From contig NOWV01000010.1 of NCBI GenBank assembly GCA_003344405.1, positions 930,001-994,000 on the forward strand: a stretch of 64,000 bases of DNA, written 5' to 3'. This document shows, piece by piece, positions 15,301 to 29,554 of this stretch (position 1 is the first letter of the stretch; the number at the start of each line of letters is the position of its first letter). Both the position numbers and the translations under genes were made by a program. The DNA comes from Trichoplax sp. H2. Lineage: Eukaryota. A model generated the notes under the pieces. That model searched no databases, was not told the DNA's origin, and worked only from the letters and a program-made list of their open reading frames with translations.

Positions 15301-18300
15301 ATTTTAGAATACAAATCACAAAATGTAAGATTCTAGCTCACGGAGGCGACGGTCTCGCTGATGGCTGTAAATTCTTCTTCGATGATAAATTAAACGATTT
15401 TCCGTTATTCTCTTTGGATGTGGCCAAATGTTCAGTTAGTGAATGTACCTTGCTGGGCTTTGGTGTTGCATTAGTAACATTGGAGGCAATTCCAACGGTA
15501 TCTGTAAAAGATATGCAATTATTACTGTAAGTGACAGATAATTGTTTTATCGATATTAATTACTAGGATAGATAAGTGCAATTTGAAAGTATATAGTTTA
15601 GAAATTAACAAAAACTTTTCAAATTTCTATTTTATCTATTCACTAATATTTCTAACGTTTAACTCTAAGAATCACTTTGGTAGGGCAGGAGTTCTCTAAT
15701 ACTCGCCTTCCTGAGGAAAAGAACGCTTCTGCATGACTTTGTCGTCAGGAGAGGGCAAGTTAAAATCAAAGGCTTTAATTTTGTGATTACGAATTTGTGC
15801 AAGACTAGATATCTGCGTTTTAACCAAGACTAGAATACTGTTTTTACTAGAAATTAAACTGGCAAACATCGATGGTTTGGCCAATTTCAATATTTCTTGT
15901 TTTTCACTGGATTCTGCAGTCTCCAATGTTTTATCCAAATCATGAAAGTCTCCGATTTCAGATTGCATTACATCGTTCCATTTACGTGTCATTTCATCGA
16001 TTGCATCATTAGACTGATTTAAAATTTGAGAACTACTAGAAGCCTTTGTGGCACTTATTATTACTAGATTCTCATCTTGATTCTTAATTAACGACTCCTT
16101 CTGGAAAGCTATATTACTATCGATACAGGAGGACAAAATATCGTTTAAGTTAATATTAAGATTATCCCATGGCGACTGCTGGTTAATAGTGGTGCCTTCA
16201 CTATTAACTAATGACTTCAAATCAACAAAATTTTCAAATATAAGGGAATTATTACTATCACCGATTTGACGTATTGGTGATAATTGTAATTCAGTGTCTA
16301 CATTTTCTGACAGACAAGATAATTCAGCTAATGCTGATAATGGTACATTAAGGTCATTTTCAAGTTCAGTACTAAATATGGAATTTTGAGTATTAGCAAT
16401 GGGCGATAAGTTTTCCAGCGTGATTGATGGATAGTTATCTAATCGATTTGCACCATCCGATACCAACTGGGTATTGCCTGCGTTATGGTACGTAAAATTT
16501 AATTGTTCATTATCTTTGGTGTGACGATCTGTAATTTTATGGTAATGAAAGTGCAATTAGAAGCGTAGAATACTCATGCCCTGTAGTATGCAATGGTACT
16601 GTATTGCCGTATAAGTGTTTACTTTTCTGCATTTAATTAAAATTACTTTAAGGGGTCATACACTTTAGTGTAAATGTTTACGAAAATAACATCACAAACT
16701 ACAACATTTAATACTATATTTTAGTCATCGGCTCCATCACTTCAATAGTTAACGAATGCAATAAAGGTACAAATGGATACATGAAAAAGCGAAAGCCGAA
16801 GTAATTGTACAGTAGTTATCTCATCAAATTATACCAATTGGCCTACAAACGATTGTATCCATCGCTAAATTATTTGCTGTTAATATTTATACATCTTACC
16901 CGAGCTTAATCCAAAATTTTGCGCGTCTGCTTTAGCTAAACCTACAAGCAAAACATTCGAATATTGGATAACATTATAACAACAAAGGCACCGATATTCA
17001 ATGCGCAGGTTTGCAAATTAAACTGCGCCAAAGGGTCTAATATCGAATTCTAAAACTAGATCTTAATCTTTAAATTGTATAATCCTTGACAGCATTGTCT
17101 GCATCACAAAACCCAATATTACTTACCTGAAATATCTGTAAAGTTTGGTTCTGTCGCTTCACCTGGTTAAGAAAGATTATACCATATTGACAAGTAAGAT
17201 TAAATATATGCGACAATTTACATTCAGCAAGTTTATGCATCTTATATTATACAATATATCAGTCGAACTAGATGTTGCCAGTACTATACACACCTTCTGT
17301 CGAAAGGAGCCTATTCAATGCGGCTTCTACATTAAAATTCTCATTAATGACTACATTCACAACTCTCTTTTCGGAGATATCACCCATTATCGAGCGTATT
17401 TGATCCATGCATGCAAAAAGTTTTACTATCAAAACAGTTAAAAATTGTAGGGTAATTAGCGCAGTAGCTTCATTCGCATTATAGTCTATTGATACAATGT
17501 TCTATTCAACTCTAGATTTATTTATATGTTAGTACTTTTTTATTTGATGAAATTTTATAGTTTAATGCAACTAATTAAGGTGATACAGTAGAAACACATG
17601 ATATATCTTTCAGACACAGCAGTTTATTATATCGTGTTGCTGAAAGACGGAATGCTTACGATATTCTTACTTTTGTTATCAGGAGATAATTTCAGGCGGC
17701 TATAATCGATGGAATCATCTAATAAAGATTCATCTTCATCTTCGTCAACTTTGTCTTTTTCTGCCGATTTTGTAATGTATTCACTAAGAAAATTAGACTG
17801 GTTCCCTCTTGATCTTGAATATATAAACTCCGCTTCTATAATAGTATTTTTTATAACAAAATGTACACGTCATAGCAAATGTTAGTGAAATACCAAACTT
17901 AGTTCAATTACTTAATCCTATTTTTAAAACAATTATGAGTAGCAACTTGTAGCTACAACGTACTGTACAGGCTAAGTGTGAGACCGTGAGTACTTTGCTG
18001 TACTGTATATCAAGAAGCCGTTAACGAAAAGTTAGCTGATATATATAGACAATAGACTCATTCCTGATACTAGAGGTTACCGATATAGTCCTTCAGTTAG
18101 TGTTTAGCGCAATATTATTGCGATATAGAAACAAAACTGCACTGTTCATCTTTGAACTTGAATAAATTACAGGTCTGGGCATGCTATAACGTATTGCTAT
18201 TGTACCGTATCTATCAAGGAGTACTAATATAGAGAAAAAAATTTACCGTATACATATGAGCTAAAGATATTAATTTACAGTTGTACTCAACTTTCACTAC

Positions 18301-19182
18301 TGTAATCACTTCATTAATATAGTCATTGCAACGTTTACATCTATCGATATGACGGAATTCTCGACATAGTTTAACAAAGTTAAGAAAGTAACTTGCCTAA
18401 ACTCGATGACAGCATACTATCTTCTTCCATAGATCTACCATAGACGTCGTCAGTGCATTCTATAAATTCATATTTGTAACATTTTTTAACGGCAATACGT
18501 ATTTTGTTTAAGATACCATAAATATCGCTTAGGTCGTATTTTAGCCAAATTGTTTAAGGTTATTAAGTTAAGTTAAAAGTTTAATGCATTCTACACGTTA
18601 TTACGAATATATTTTAGTAAGTAATACTATTACAAATTGACATGGTTTGATTTGGAATCAGTGCTGATGAGAAATTGATTGCCAACTATCTTAGATCATG
18701 ACATAAAATAATACGAGATAGACATACAGTATAACTATTTGTTAAAGAGGATATATTTCCATTTATTCATTTAGCCAGGTATAAAGGGAAACGCATGTTT
18801 CAGTTGATAGACGTTATATCCTAGTTGATACACTATTGTATTTTATACATTGGACCACCCTAGCGCACGACGGTGGTGACTAGTGGCTGCATACAGCAAC
18901 GTACTTCTACGTATGATCTATTTCAATATCCTAGCGATTAACAACTCGCTCACTCTCTAGACAGCTACTTATTGCGTGATGAAATCCATAGTCATGATAA
19001 ATTACTATACCTGATGTTCTATAATTATTATGATTATGCATCTATCCTGGCCTGGCAATAAAAGGTGTAAACGACTACCACATTACGAATCAAAAGAGCA
19101 AAATAAGACAGTGTATAATCCTCTGTGGTCGTATCTTACCATCTTCATAGTGCATATTGCGAACTGCCCTATGTCTAGCCAT
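12320..19182 (-). CDS. HBS1L: HBS1-like translational GTPase (Pelota partner), multi-exon; last micro-exon (FK-stop at 12328-12320) is tentative
   Basis: Exon 1 [14 protein letters not shown] (19182-19140); [21 protein letters not shown]1_N domain [26 protein letters not shown]-domain [62 protein letters not shown]-terminal [17 protein letters not shown]. Confidence 0.95.
15696..16528 (-). CDS. Alternative terminal exon of HBS1L encoding a Ski7/HBS1LV3-like isoform
   Basis: Long open frame inside an HBS1L intron; acceptor ttacAG at 16530-16529 is phase 1, the same as the constitutive exon at 15501; motifs [11 protein letters not shown] and [15 protein letters not shown] near the stop. Confidence 0.85.
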
Positions 19183-22168
19183 GGTGATGTTCCTCTTGTA
19201 TTGAACTATTTCTCGTATGATAGCGTCTCCAACGTTTTGCAAACTAACATCAGCACCTGTGATAGCTGTTATTCTACTTCATCTATACTGTCAATCTCTT
19301 CTAATGACACAGATAGATGCTATAATACTATATACTATTAATTCCTACCAATGGGATATTACAACACTCTATCCACTGGCACAGGAAGACACTTTTTCTT
19401 GGGAAAGAACAAATCTCATGGTATACAGTATTCTGATTATTGATCACTAACTACTGTAGTGTATCATTAAGGCTTACTAAAGTACTTTTCAATACTGCTA
19501 ACTAGGCACATCAACTATCCAATATCTCCTTTGAAATCAAATCCATTAATGGCAGAAAAAATCCACTTCGTCCTTGTGGTCTATGCTCAGGCCAGGCTAG
19601 TACAGGATGGCTAATTTTCCGTACAACATGTACAGTATGGGCAAATGATTACTGAGTGATACAATAATGCTTGCAACCAGTCTATTTATAGTAGACCACG
19701 ACGGTGGGCTAGTGAGGCGCCTGTGGTTGACGCCAGCTCGATTGTACTGCGACGAGACCGTGACGTTGGACTTGTTTAGTGGAAATGTCTTATACAGGAC
19801 ACAGTCAGTATCATACGCTAATAGGAATAGACCTCCGTTTTTGATCATGTCTGGGTAACATCCCTTAAAGTACAGTACAGTGAGGCGCGTTCAGATCAGA
19901 ATACAGAGTACTGTGCCATTCTGTACTGTAGACTGTAACTGGGTAAACGTCAGTTGCTTCCAGGTGTACAGTATGACATACAGTATACAACATATACTGG
20001 GCATGAGCAGTAAAAGTCACGGCTATGACTATCCACCGCAGTCATTTGTACTGTATTGCAAAATGAAGAGGATATAGCACCAAAATTGCTATCCTAAATG
20101 GTAGTGAGAAATGACTGATTATTGGTATAGGGTTGTAAGAGTATTTCTACATAAAAATGTAGCCGTAAATCAAGTAAAAATCCTGTAAAATAACCAAACA
20201 GTGGTATAAGGAATCACGATCACTTTTGAACTTCTAACCAATATCGACTGTGCCTAGCTATCTGGTCATGGCCTATACTGTATTATACAAGTATACTACG
20301 GTCATTTCAATTTCGTAGGCAGCTAAATATATCCCTGTTAGTAAAAGGTATAAGTACAGTCGGTACACGCCAAGTATAACTAGCCAGGGATCGACTAGTA
20401 TAATAAAAAAATACAAAACTACACTATTACTTTAATGTAATGATAATAATGATGGGAATATTAATATACATGTACTGTACAGTGAAACTGGACTTACTGT
20501 ACTGAACACGCGAAGTAGTATAGTGGATACCTAGTAAATTACGTATCATTTCAATTTAACTATGCACTATAGATACTATCGATAAATATCAGTAAATTAC
20601 ATGTCATTTTATTTATTTTAACTTCACTTGCGAAACCGCATATTTCTTCTATTTTGCAACAAATATGGCCAAAAGACGCATATGTAACGTATCCGTGCAT
20701 ATAGTAGTAACATGACTACATAAAAAGAATAATATCCGTGTCTATAGTATTTCACGATTAAAGATTACAAATTTAGAGCACAGTACCGCACAGTATATTA
20801 CGTAGATTGCATATACTGTACAGTACAAGGCACGCTGCAATACTAACCAAATGCAAGATTGTAGGCAAGCACGCTTGTACAAAGTCAGTAGAAGAATAGT
20901 CGCATTTTTATCACCACTAGATTTCTCTTTGAATCTTGCGTCAAGAGTTTTCCATTGAAAACTGAAAATAGCATTCCGCAATAATGTATAAATTCCTACA
21001 AGTTTAACTAGCAATTTCAACACCAATAAATTACACGACTATTTTTACACCTATTAAATCCAAAACAACTATTTTCATTTATCAATTTGTTGTACTGTAC
21101 AAGTGTTTTAATATACATAAAAAAGTGAAATAGAATTAACTTCAAGCAAAGTTTGGCTATTCTAACTAGGAATATCATATGGTGAATATACATATATAAT
21201 ATACGTATATGCGTCGTGTACAATACCTACAGTATATGTATACTGCATATAACAGTGTACAGCATTTGGGCTGCCTATGCCGTACAAATTCATTTGCCAA
21301 TACAACACCTGCAATGTTCGCAATAATTTACATTGTACAGTTTAAATTTGTAAAGTAATTCAAGTAGTGTAGGTAAGAATTGTGTAGTACACCAGTCGCT
21401 ATTCATAAAGTCGGATATTTTTTAAGGATTAAGAATTCCCCTTTCCTATTACAATGCTATTATGTATCAGTAAATATGCTATCACAATTACTATTGTTGA
21501 AACTATAATTGCAACATCAGAAAACCTTGCAGCATTGAGTCTTATTTATAATAATAAAACAAAATAGACGTTATTTAATAGTGTACAAATTTTAAGGACG
21601 AGAGGCAATTTTTGAATTATTTAAATCAAATTATACATAAAGAGAAAATTTTAAAATAATATAAAAATGAGGCATTGAAAAGTCATCATCTCGTCGAAAT
21701 GTTAATATGCGCATGTTGTAAGTATTGTATAATTGTATAAAAATATCCGATGATTTAGTGCAGTAATATTAATATTGATTCGATTAGCATCCATAGATCC
21801 TTGACAAAGCACTATCTATATGATTTGTGATTAACATAAATTTAATGCGAGAAATCAAAAAAAAACTTTATACAGAATTTCATACAGTAATACGTAGTTG
21901 GAGAATAAAATTTCAAATTAACCGTCAAAAGCTACCCTTCGCATGGCAGTTAAACTTTCTCTTTTTATCTAACAGAAAAATATTAAAATTGCATCATTAC
22001 TTTGTTAGACAATTTGGCGATTAATAGCACCTTGATAGAACTAATAGAAGGACTAATACTTATAGCCAGTTATTACACAACATACATATTACTGCCGTGT
22101 TTTATACTAAACTGACTTGTACACTTACATGTTAAATATTTTACCCATCTAGGTCTTGAAAATGAAAT

Positions 22169-25100
22169 TCAAGCTTGCAAATTAGGTTCTTTCAATTTTT
22201 CCGCAATATGTTGCGCAACTTTTTCTCTATCGTCCTTTAATTAATAACATCACAATTCTTATAAACAAATTTTACAAAATAGGCTCACATACCAGGGCCT
22301 AGAGGTTACTAAGAGCATAAAGTAACCATAGCAAGTTAATACTCCCTAATTTGGCATATACTAACCTGCTTTATAAATCCATATAAAACTAATTCTTCCG
22401 CTAGTTTTGATAAATCTTCGTCTGTGTTTAATATATGTTATATATTATTATTAGTGTAGGGTTTGCAATTCGAATTTAACAAACAATATGTAGCAAATAG
22501 AGTATTTATTTGTATATCCAATGACTCAACTAATCTTCCATGGCGCAAATTAAATGTTAAAATTCATTTTATTGTAAAGAAATAAAATTATTTAAAATAT
22601 AGCGTAGGATTTCTCTTACTAACCTAACGATACATCACACGATAATTCCCTATTGATTTCATTTTCCATTTTAAGGGTGATCACAAGCTAATGTATACGA
22701 TAAAAAATTGTTATTTGATAAGAAAGAAAGTTTCATTGATCAAAATTTTGGGCATAGTTTACTTACATGTCTTTTGACTTCATCATCTTCGACGGCACGA
22801 ATTGTACAATTAACAGATAATACTGATTTAGTCTCCTTACTATAGTGCTCACTATCAATTGATGGATCATCTTTCGTCTTATCATCGGAGTCATCGCTGC
22901 TCGAAAGTAGAAACGGGTGTACTATATTGAAAGGGTACATTAAATTATATAAACTATACTAGTTACCACGTTACTAACCGTACTAAATCTTCATCCTTAT
23001 AAACGGAAGTTAATGGATACAAGCCGCTCCTAATTATGATTGTCACCATTTGTAAATACTTCTTTGCTATAATTTAAAATCATATAACCAACCTCACTTC
23101 CTCTATATATTTTTCTAAATCAAGAGCTGGGGGCCCACTCGCATAACTATTCAAAATAGAGCACTTATATATTAACATTTCTAGTACTTGTATTATTTTT
23201 GTACTGAATATCAACTACAAAAAATGATTACCCAAAATGAAATGGTTCGTCACTGCTTTTATAAGAAATATCTGCGGCAATTCCTTCCATTTGTGATAGA
23301 ATAGCTAATGGAATACTATTCGAGTCTTCAGGTATTGCAACTAGATAATTTTCGATTAAAATGCAATTCCTTTTATGAAATGCTTACATAAATAAGATAT
23401 TCAACCTCGACGAGTTAAGTACTTTCTGACTTTAACAATCTTTAAAGTTATCAATAAATATTAAATAAAGTGCGCAACCAACCTTCTTTATCGACTATAG
23501 TATGCGCAGCTTGTAATTTTAAACTATGTACCTAGGTAATTTAATCACACGCCAAGCTTAGTACAAATTATGCTACGATATTTTGTAATTTAAATACGAA
23601 GTGAAGTAACCTCAAAAAGAAATTTATCTAAAAGTAGCTCCTTAGCTGAAGGTCTCATTTCAGGCTTCTCCTGAAGACATCTTTGCAAAAATTTCTACGA
23701 CGTATCATTAATACGACCGAGTTAAAACTTTCATTTAAGTTATCACAGCGTAAAATGTTTGTTTGTTATACGTCTTAGTTCTTACCAGTAAGTCAGTATT
23801 TTCTAGTGATTCAAGAGAGTTTTGGATAGATCCTCTATTCCAATAATTCATTGAAGGAGAAGGTTTTTTTCCACTTTTAGTATCAAAAAATTGCGTTGCA
23901 ATCTAGTAACATATTATAACCCGATATGTTAGATAAACTATACAGATAATGCTTATAAAATTAAATTCGGTTACAGTTGTCTTATTGACAGCCTAGTCAG
24001 GATACGTAATTAAATAATACTAAGAAAACTTACCTCTAGGGCACAGATACCGAATGCATAAATGTCCACAGAAGTCGTTAAGATAGCTTCTTTGATGTCT
24101 ATGTATTATATTTGAAAGATTAAATTGCATATCGAGACTAGTAATTCGTCTAACAACTCTACTTTTATATAATTGTAGTTATAAATTACCATATTCTGGT
24201 GCTGCAGTAAACAAATTTTGCAGTTCCGATGGGGACCTAGACTTTGCATGGTAACTGATAGCTTCCGGGATCACTACACAAATGTTATGTAATAGTTTTT
24301 TTTGCCGGTGTTTTAATTACCTAAATATTAAGAAAGTCGATAATAATTCAAATTCAGCATTTACTTACCAGACCCAATCTTGATCAAGCCGTTGTGTTGA
24401 ATATAGATCGTATCTAAGCTAAGATTTCCATGGATAATTGGTGGAGTGAATGACGCTAGATGGCTAAAGTTTTAGATAAAAATGGCAAGGAATCATAAAT
24501 ATTGGCGATAGTCTCATCAAAACCTACTTACTTATTGTGTCATATGTATTCATATTATCTGGTAGTTATCTAGTGAAGCAATATTGCTTTACAAAATTTA
24601 GATATAGAGACATACTCTAAGGCAGAAAGAATTTGTCGACACCAACGCTTAAATAACTGCGATATAATAATATAAAAAATTAAATTAATTAGAGATTGCG
24701 TTTCTTAAGTAAAACCATCAATTGTGACTAATAAATATCCTAGATGTTACGCACCTTTTCCTGTAAAAGTCCTTTTTGGTTCTTCTTCGTTTTCTTTAAA
24801 AATTGCTTTAGAGAACCAGACGTCATGTATTCCGTAATAAACGTTATCTATTATAGAAGCAGACATGAAAGAATTTATACGAATGATTAATTTCGAAATT
24901 TCGGCCGGTAAATTTAATTATGCTTTAGAAACTAATTTATATGAATATCATAACTAAGACTTACACGAGCTTTCTTTTTCACTTCATCATTATGCGTCCA
25001 ATAATGATAGAACTCAACAATATTGTTGTGCTAAATTCATTAATATTAGTCAAGTAAAAAATTTCTGATCAGTTTACCCTAGCTACAATTTCATACTGGT

Positions 25101-28100
25101 CAAAACATGATAATTTATAACTTAATAATCTAGTATAGTTTGTTATTTATGCAAAATGACAATTTAGCTATAGCAATGTTAAGAAGACATACATTACCTC
25201 TAGTTTAGTTAGGCTGTCGAAGAATTTTATCATCTTTTTGTTGGATTAAAAATAAGTCATAGTTAGTAATTAATTGAGCAACCATTCGAAGTATTATCAA
25301 CTGTAACACGATTTGTCGAAATTTTGCTAGAAGGTATAGAGTTGTAGTTGCGCTAAATGATCCAGTGTTGATACATAAACGACAAAGATTCTAACACACA
25401 TTCCTATCTACACATAGTTGTGATACTAAGAGCATAAATATTATCTCGTATAGATTTATAAAATAATTTTAATTGGAAACGTTTAGTGTTATCTCAGATG
25501 AATAGCATCTGTCATATCAATGTACATAATATATTTATAGGTACAAAGAGTATTAAATAAATAGCTACTTAAGTCTATTAAACTAATGCTGCATTTATTT
25601 TCCAGCAAATACTATCAAGTGCTGTAATACATCCGTACATAAATAACAAATAATACTTTTAGGTATCACTTTGTCTAACATATGATAGATATAATCAGTG
25701 ACGTCTTACATTATAGAAACTACGTGATTTCCCTTCCGAAAGCCATATTTCATTCCATACAATTTCTACACCTTCATCGGTATCCATTCCCAAGAAAGCA
25801 TCCGTTCCTAGCGATCCATGCTGAACAAGCTAAATCCAAAATTATAGTAAAATGTCAAGTATTACTCTATAATGAAATTAAGATAGTTAGGTTCGGTGAT
25901 CGTATATCGTATTTCTCAGATATTAGATCATCCTTACATTACAACAAATTTGATTACAATACGAAAATAATAACTATAAATCTTCATATGGGTATGCAAA
26001 ACTTCATTGCTAGGTAAGCATAGTCTTACTCCACGTAATTTATGTCAGTGCTTAGTGATGTAACTCTAAAGCAGAAGGATTAAGATCATAGTATGGTGTG
26101 CAATAGAGACCCTGGAGAGTCATTCTAGTGTCTTTAGTGTGCAATAGTGACCATGGAATACTACCATCCGGGCACCATTTATGTACACCATCAATGTAAT
26201 TCAATTCTAATGTAACGATACCACTAAGACAGCATGAATAATCTTGAAGATACTAATCATGAATTTATTTCGGCTCAATGTTTGCTCAGTTCACCCAGAG
26301 TTCTCAACTATCTGTCTAGTTGATATGTATCAGTAGTATCGTATCTTTATAGGTAATTCTCTAGAAAATTCTCTGACATGAACTACTGTATACAGTTAGC
26401 GTATTTAAAATATTAAAGTAAAATACTCATTGATATTTCAGTATCTTCGTTAAAAATTACAAACATATTGACCTTTACAATTGTCCCTTTAGGGGGTCCT
26501 CATCTGTATTGACATCATAGATACTTATCGTTTTTAGAATATTTTCGCGATATGACTGAAGTTGTACATAATCTATAGCAAGCTATATACAGTACAGTAG
26601 TACCACTTTAGAAACTTCTTCTTTGGGAGTCGAAAAAATATATTTATAAAGTTCGTTTCGATACATTGATATTATATTATAATATCGATAAACGGTAAAA
26701 CATTGTTAGTTTCAAGTACCAATTAATGCCTAATCAAAGTCAGTATATACGCTAGACTAGATATACTGTACTGTACTACTGTGCCGTACATCGTTAAAAT
26801 CGTACATAAAGTAAAATAAAGGAATTACTGCTTACTACTGAAGACTTACAAATTCGTAATCTTATTATTTCTACATCATTTTGCAGGTCATAAACATCCT
26901 AATTTACACGATGCACTTCCTGTAGGTCTGACGATGGTGCAGTAATTACTTTATTCTCATTATACAACATACAATATAGTATAGCCTAGTTAAACAGTCA
27001 TCTTAACTTTGAAACTACCAATTACAGTATACAGTACTACAATTTATACTTGATTACTTTGACAATAAGCGTAAGATTGATAATGTTCACGGATAAAAAT
27101 ACGACTAATTAATGCAATAAAATATGTAAGAGCGAGAATGTAGTCTTCAATATGGGATCATGCTAAGGATACCAACAGTTTTTGAGTTTCTCAATGAAAC
27201 TGTCAAGGCCATCGGATACTTTAAGTTACAGTAGATAAACCAGCTAAAAGTATGGATCTTCATGTAGGCTGTTGACGTAGCAGAAATAATATTTCCTGAA
27301 GTGTTTGTAAAATGTGAGATTTTAATTTTATGTTATCGTGGAGTTTTAACCTAAGTTTGATAAGAGGGAAAAATCCTTTGGGTTTGGTCATCTACGCCTA
27401 TTTCTATTGAAATGGTTTAATAAATGCAGTAACATACGCCAGGTAGTCAAGAATTTTTCGTTTTAAGATGAGCTCACTAACTTTGTTTGTACTGTACCCT
27501 ATGTAATAAGAAGGTAACGGAATTGAACCGCTTGGAATAGTAAAATATTTGACTAGTCTGAGGGTGATAATCTATTATATTACATAATCCATTCAATACT
27601 GATCAAAATGGAACTATGCGCAGCACATTATAACGATAATGTACAGTAAGTACAAAACTATTGATTCAAGATGTCAACGCGATTGAAGTTTTACAATCTA
27701 TTTGAACATGCCTATTTCTTTAGCACGTTTCCGACGCGTAGTATTGATACCTTTCCTATTTTTTCGATTCTAGTAATACAGTAAATCCTGCATGGATAAA
27801 TGGTGTAGAAGTAGACGGCAAAATGCTCCATTGCAGATTAATTTTAATAGCCTGCAAAAGCGATAGTTTAATAGAGTTTGAGCAATCTGCATGACGGTAA
27901 TTTTATAGCCATTCTAGAAGACTTTCTCTTTCCTATGCTATTTACACTTAACATCATCAGGTTAGAGAGATTGCCACCTAATCCAACCTACTATCATTAC
28001 AATACAGTCATCCATCTCATTGGATAAATACCAATGTTACAATCATAAGATGGGGGATCTTCAAAATAATCTCAACGAATTCAGAATAAAAGGTTCAACA

Positions 28101-29366
28101 CTCTCTACGACGAGAATGGCTGCGATATATTGTACTGTAAGTGGCTGAAAGTAAATAGACACCTTGGGCGTAGACATTACAATACAGGCTTGTAAAAGCC
28201 TTGCATAATACATGCGTTATACTAATTGAGAAAGAAACTGATAGGATTAGACGATTATTTTGTCTCCACATTCATTTTACTATGAAAGCAACGTCCGCTC
28301 ACTGTTGTCATATTTACGGCTTCTACGCCTTTGATCTGCAGTTGTGGGCCAGCTTGTAAAAATTGTCAACTCAACAACGTTGAACATCCAAACTGTTTCA
28401 GCGATGTCTGGTTGAAGATTTTTTACCAGCTGATAGTTGTAGTAGTCCACTACTGAAAGCTGAGGAATTGGTTAACAGTACGGTTCAGTTAAACTAGAGT
28501 GTTGCATCCACCACCCATGTTGACAAACGGTCGTCATTGGGAATACAGTATAATATTGATGTGTCAATAAATTAAGGCTTGGGCACTGAAATTATCCACA
28601 TTCATGGTCCTCCTGAACGTTTTCTATATATTTAAAAAATTGCGTACCCCGAATAATAGGGCTTTTATAAGCTTATGGCCTACAACATTGAAGATTCTAT
28701 CCATGACTGTCCTGTGAAAAATACACTGAGTGTCGTCTTGTATTGGCCGACTGGGTGACTATGTTGCCTTACCGTATAGTAGAATGTAGGTACAGTACGC
28801 TATACAGTATAGTCCTTGTACCAGCCAATCAACCCAGTCAAGTCAAGTCATGAAAAGAATGCAGTAGAAGGAAGATAAAAAGCACACTGGCTTGCTTTGC
28901 AAGATACAAGGTACAGTAACTCATTTTAAATGATAGAATAAAAGTGCTTAGGTTTTAAATTAGTATAATATTATAGCTCTTTTAGCACTGCAGGTCAATA
29001 ATATATTGAAAAATGCAAGCATAGGCAGTCTTCAATAAGACGAGCAAGTGTAATGATCCATCAACCCAATACCAGTGGTATTCTCTCCACTTTAGTCAGA
29101 AACACGTTTTACTTAAACCAACTCCATTTTTGAACCGCGTAATACTTTGAATGTGAAACGATATGATTTTGTAGTATCACCAAAATTGCTATACATACCT
29201 CTCTTTTTTGTTTCTTGTATCTTCCATTGGGACTTTCTTCTAATACCTTATTCTCATCATCGCTTTCGTCGCCAGAATCAGGACGTGACGAAGTGTCAGT
29301 AGACAACTCTTCATGAGCTTGAGGGTTGAGAGTATCTGATTTACTCAACGAATGAGTAGCAGCCAT
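22169..29366 (-). CDS. NRBP1: Nuclear receptor-binding protein (NRBP/Madm) pseudokinase, multi-exon, first intron about 3.4 kb
   Basis: DESDDENKVLEESPNGRYKK; AFLGMDTDEGVEIVWNE; FITEYMTSGSLKQFLKKTKKN; KRWCRQILSAL; PPIIHGNLSLDTIYIQHNGLIKIGS; ALDLEKYIEEVRSGLYPLT; stop TGA at 22171-22169. Confidence 0.94.
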
Positions 29367-29554
29367 ACCTTTACGAATACTAGAGATTCGTAGACGACGA
29401 CCAGTAACGATGACCAGGCAAGTACTACAAAGATGTAGAATGTAATAACGTCAAGATCCTTTTACATACGTAGACAACAAGGAGATCTCCGATATTAGAA
29501 TGATCGAAATCTAAAACCTTTCTGAATTCTCAATTAATTACAGGCAATGTCGTG

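Noticed and set aside
23012-23020. GTATCCATT on the minus strand as a U12 donor in NRBP
   Set aside because: It lies inside conserved coding sequence (GLYPLT)
24370-24450. Loss of HRD and DFG kinase motifs suggesting a pseudogene
   Set aside because: Normal for the NRBP pseudokinase family
27510-27535. tRNA T-arm or B-box-like GCGGTTCAATTCCGTT on the minus strand
   Set aside because: No matching acceptor stem, D arm or anticodon arm upstream
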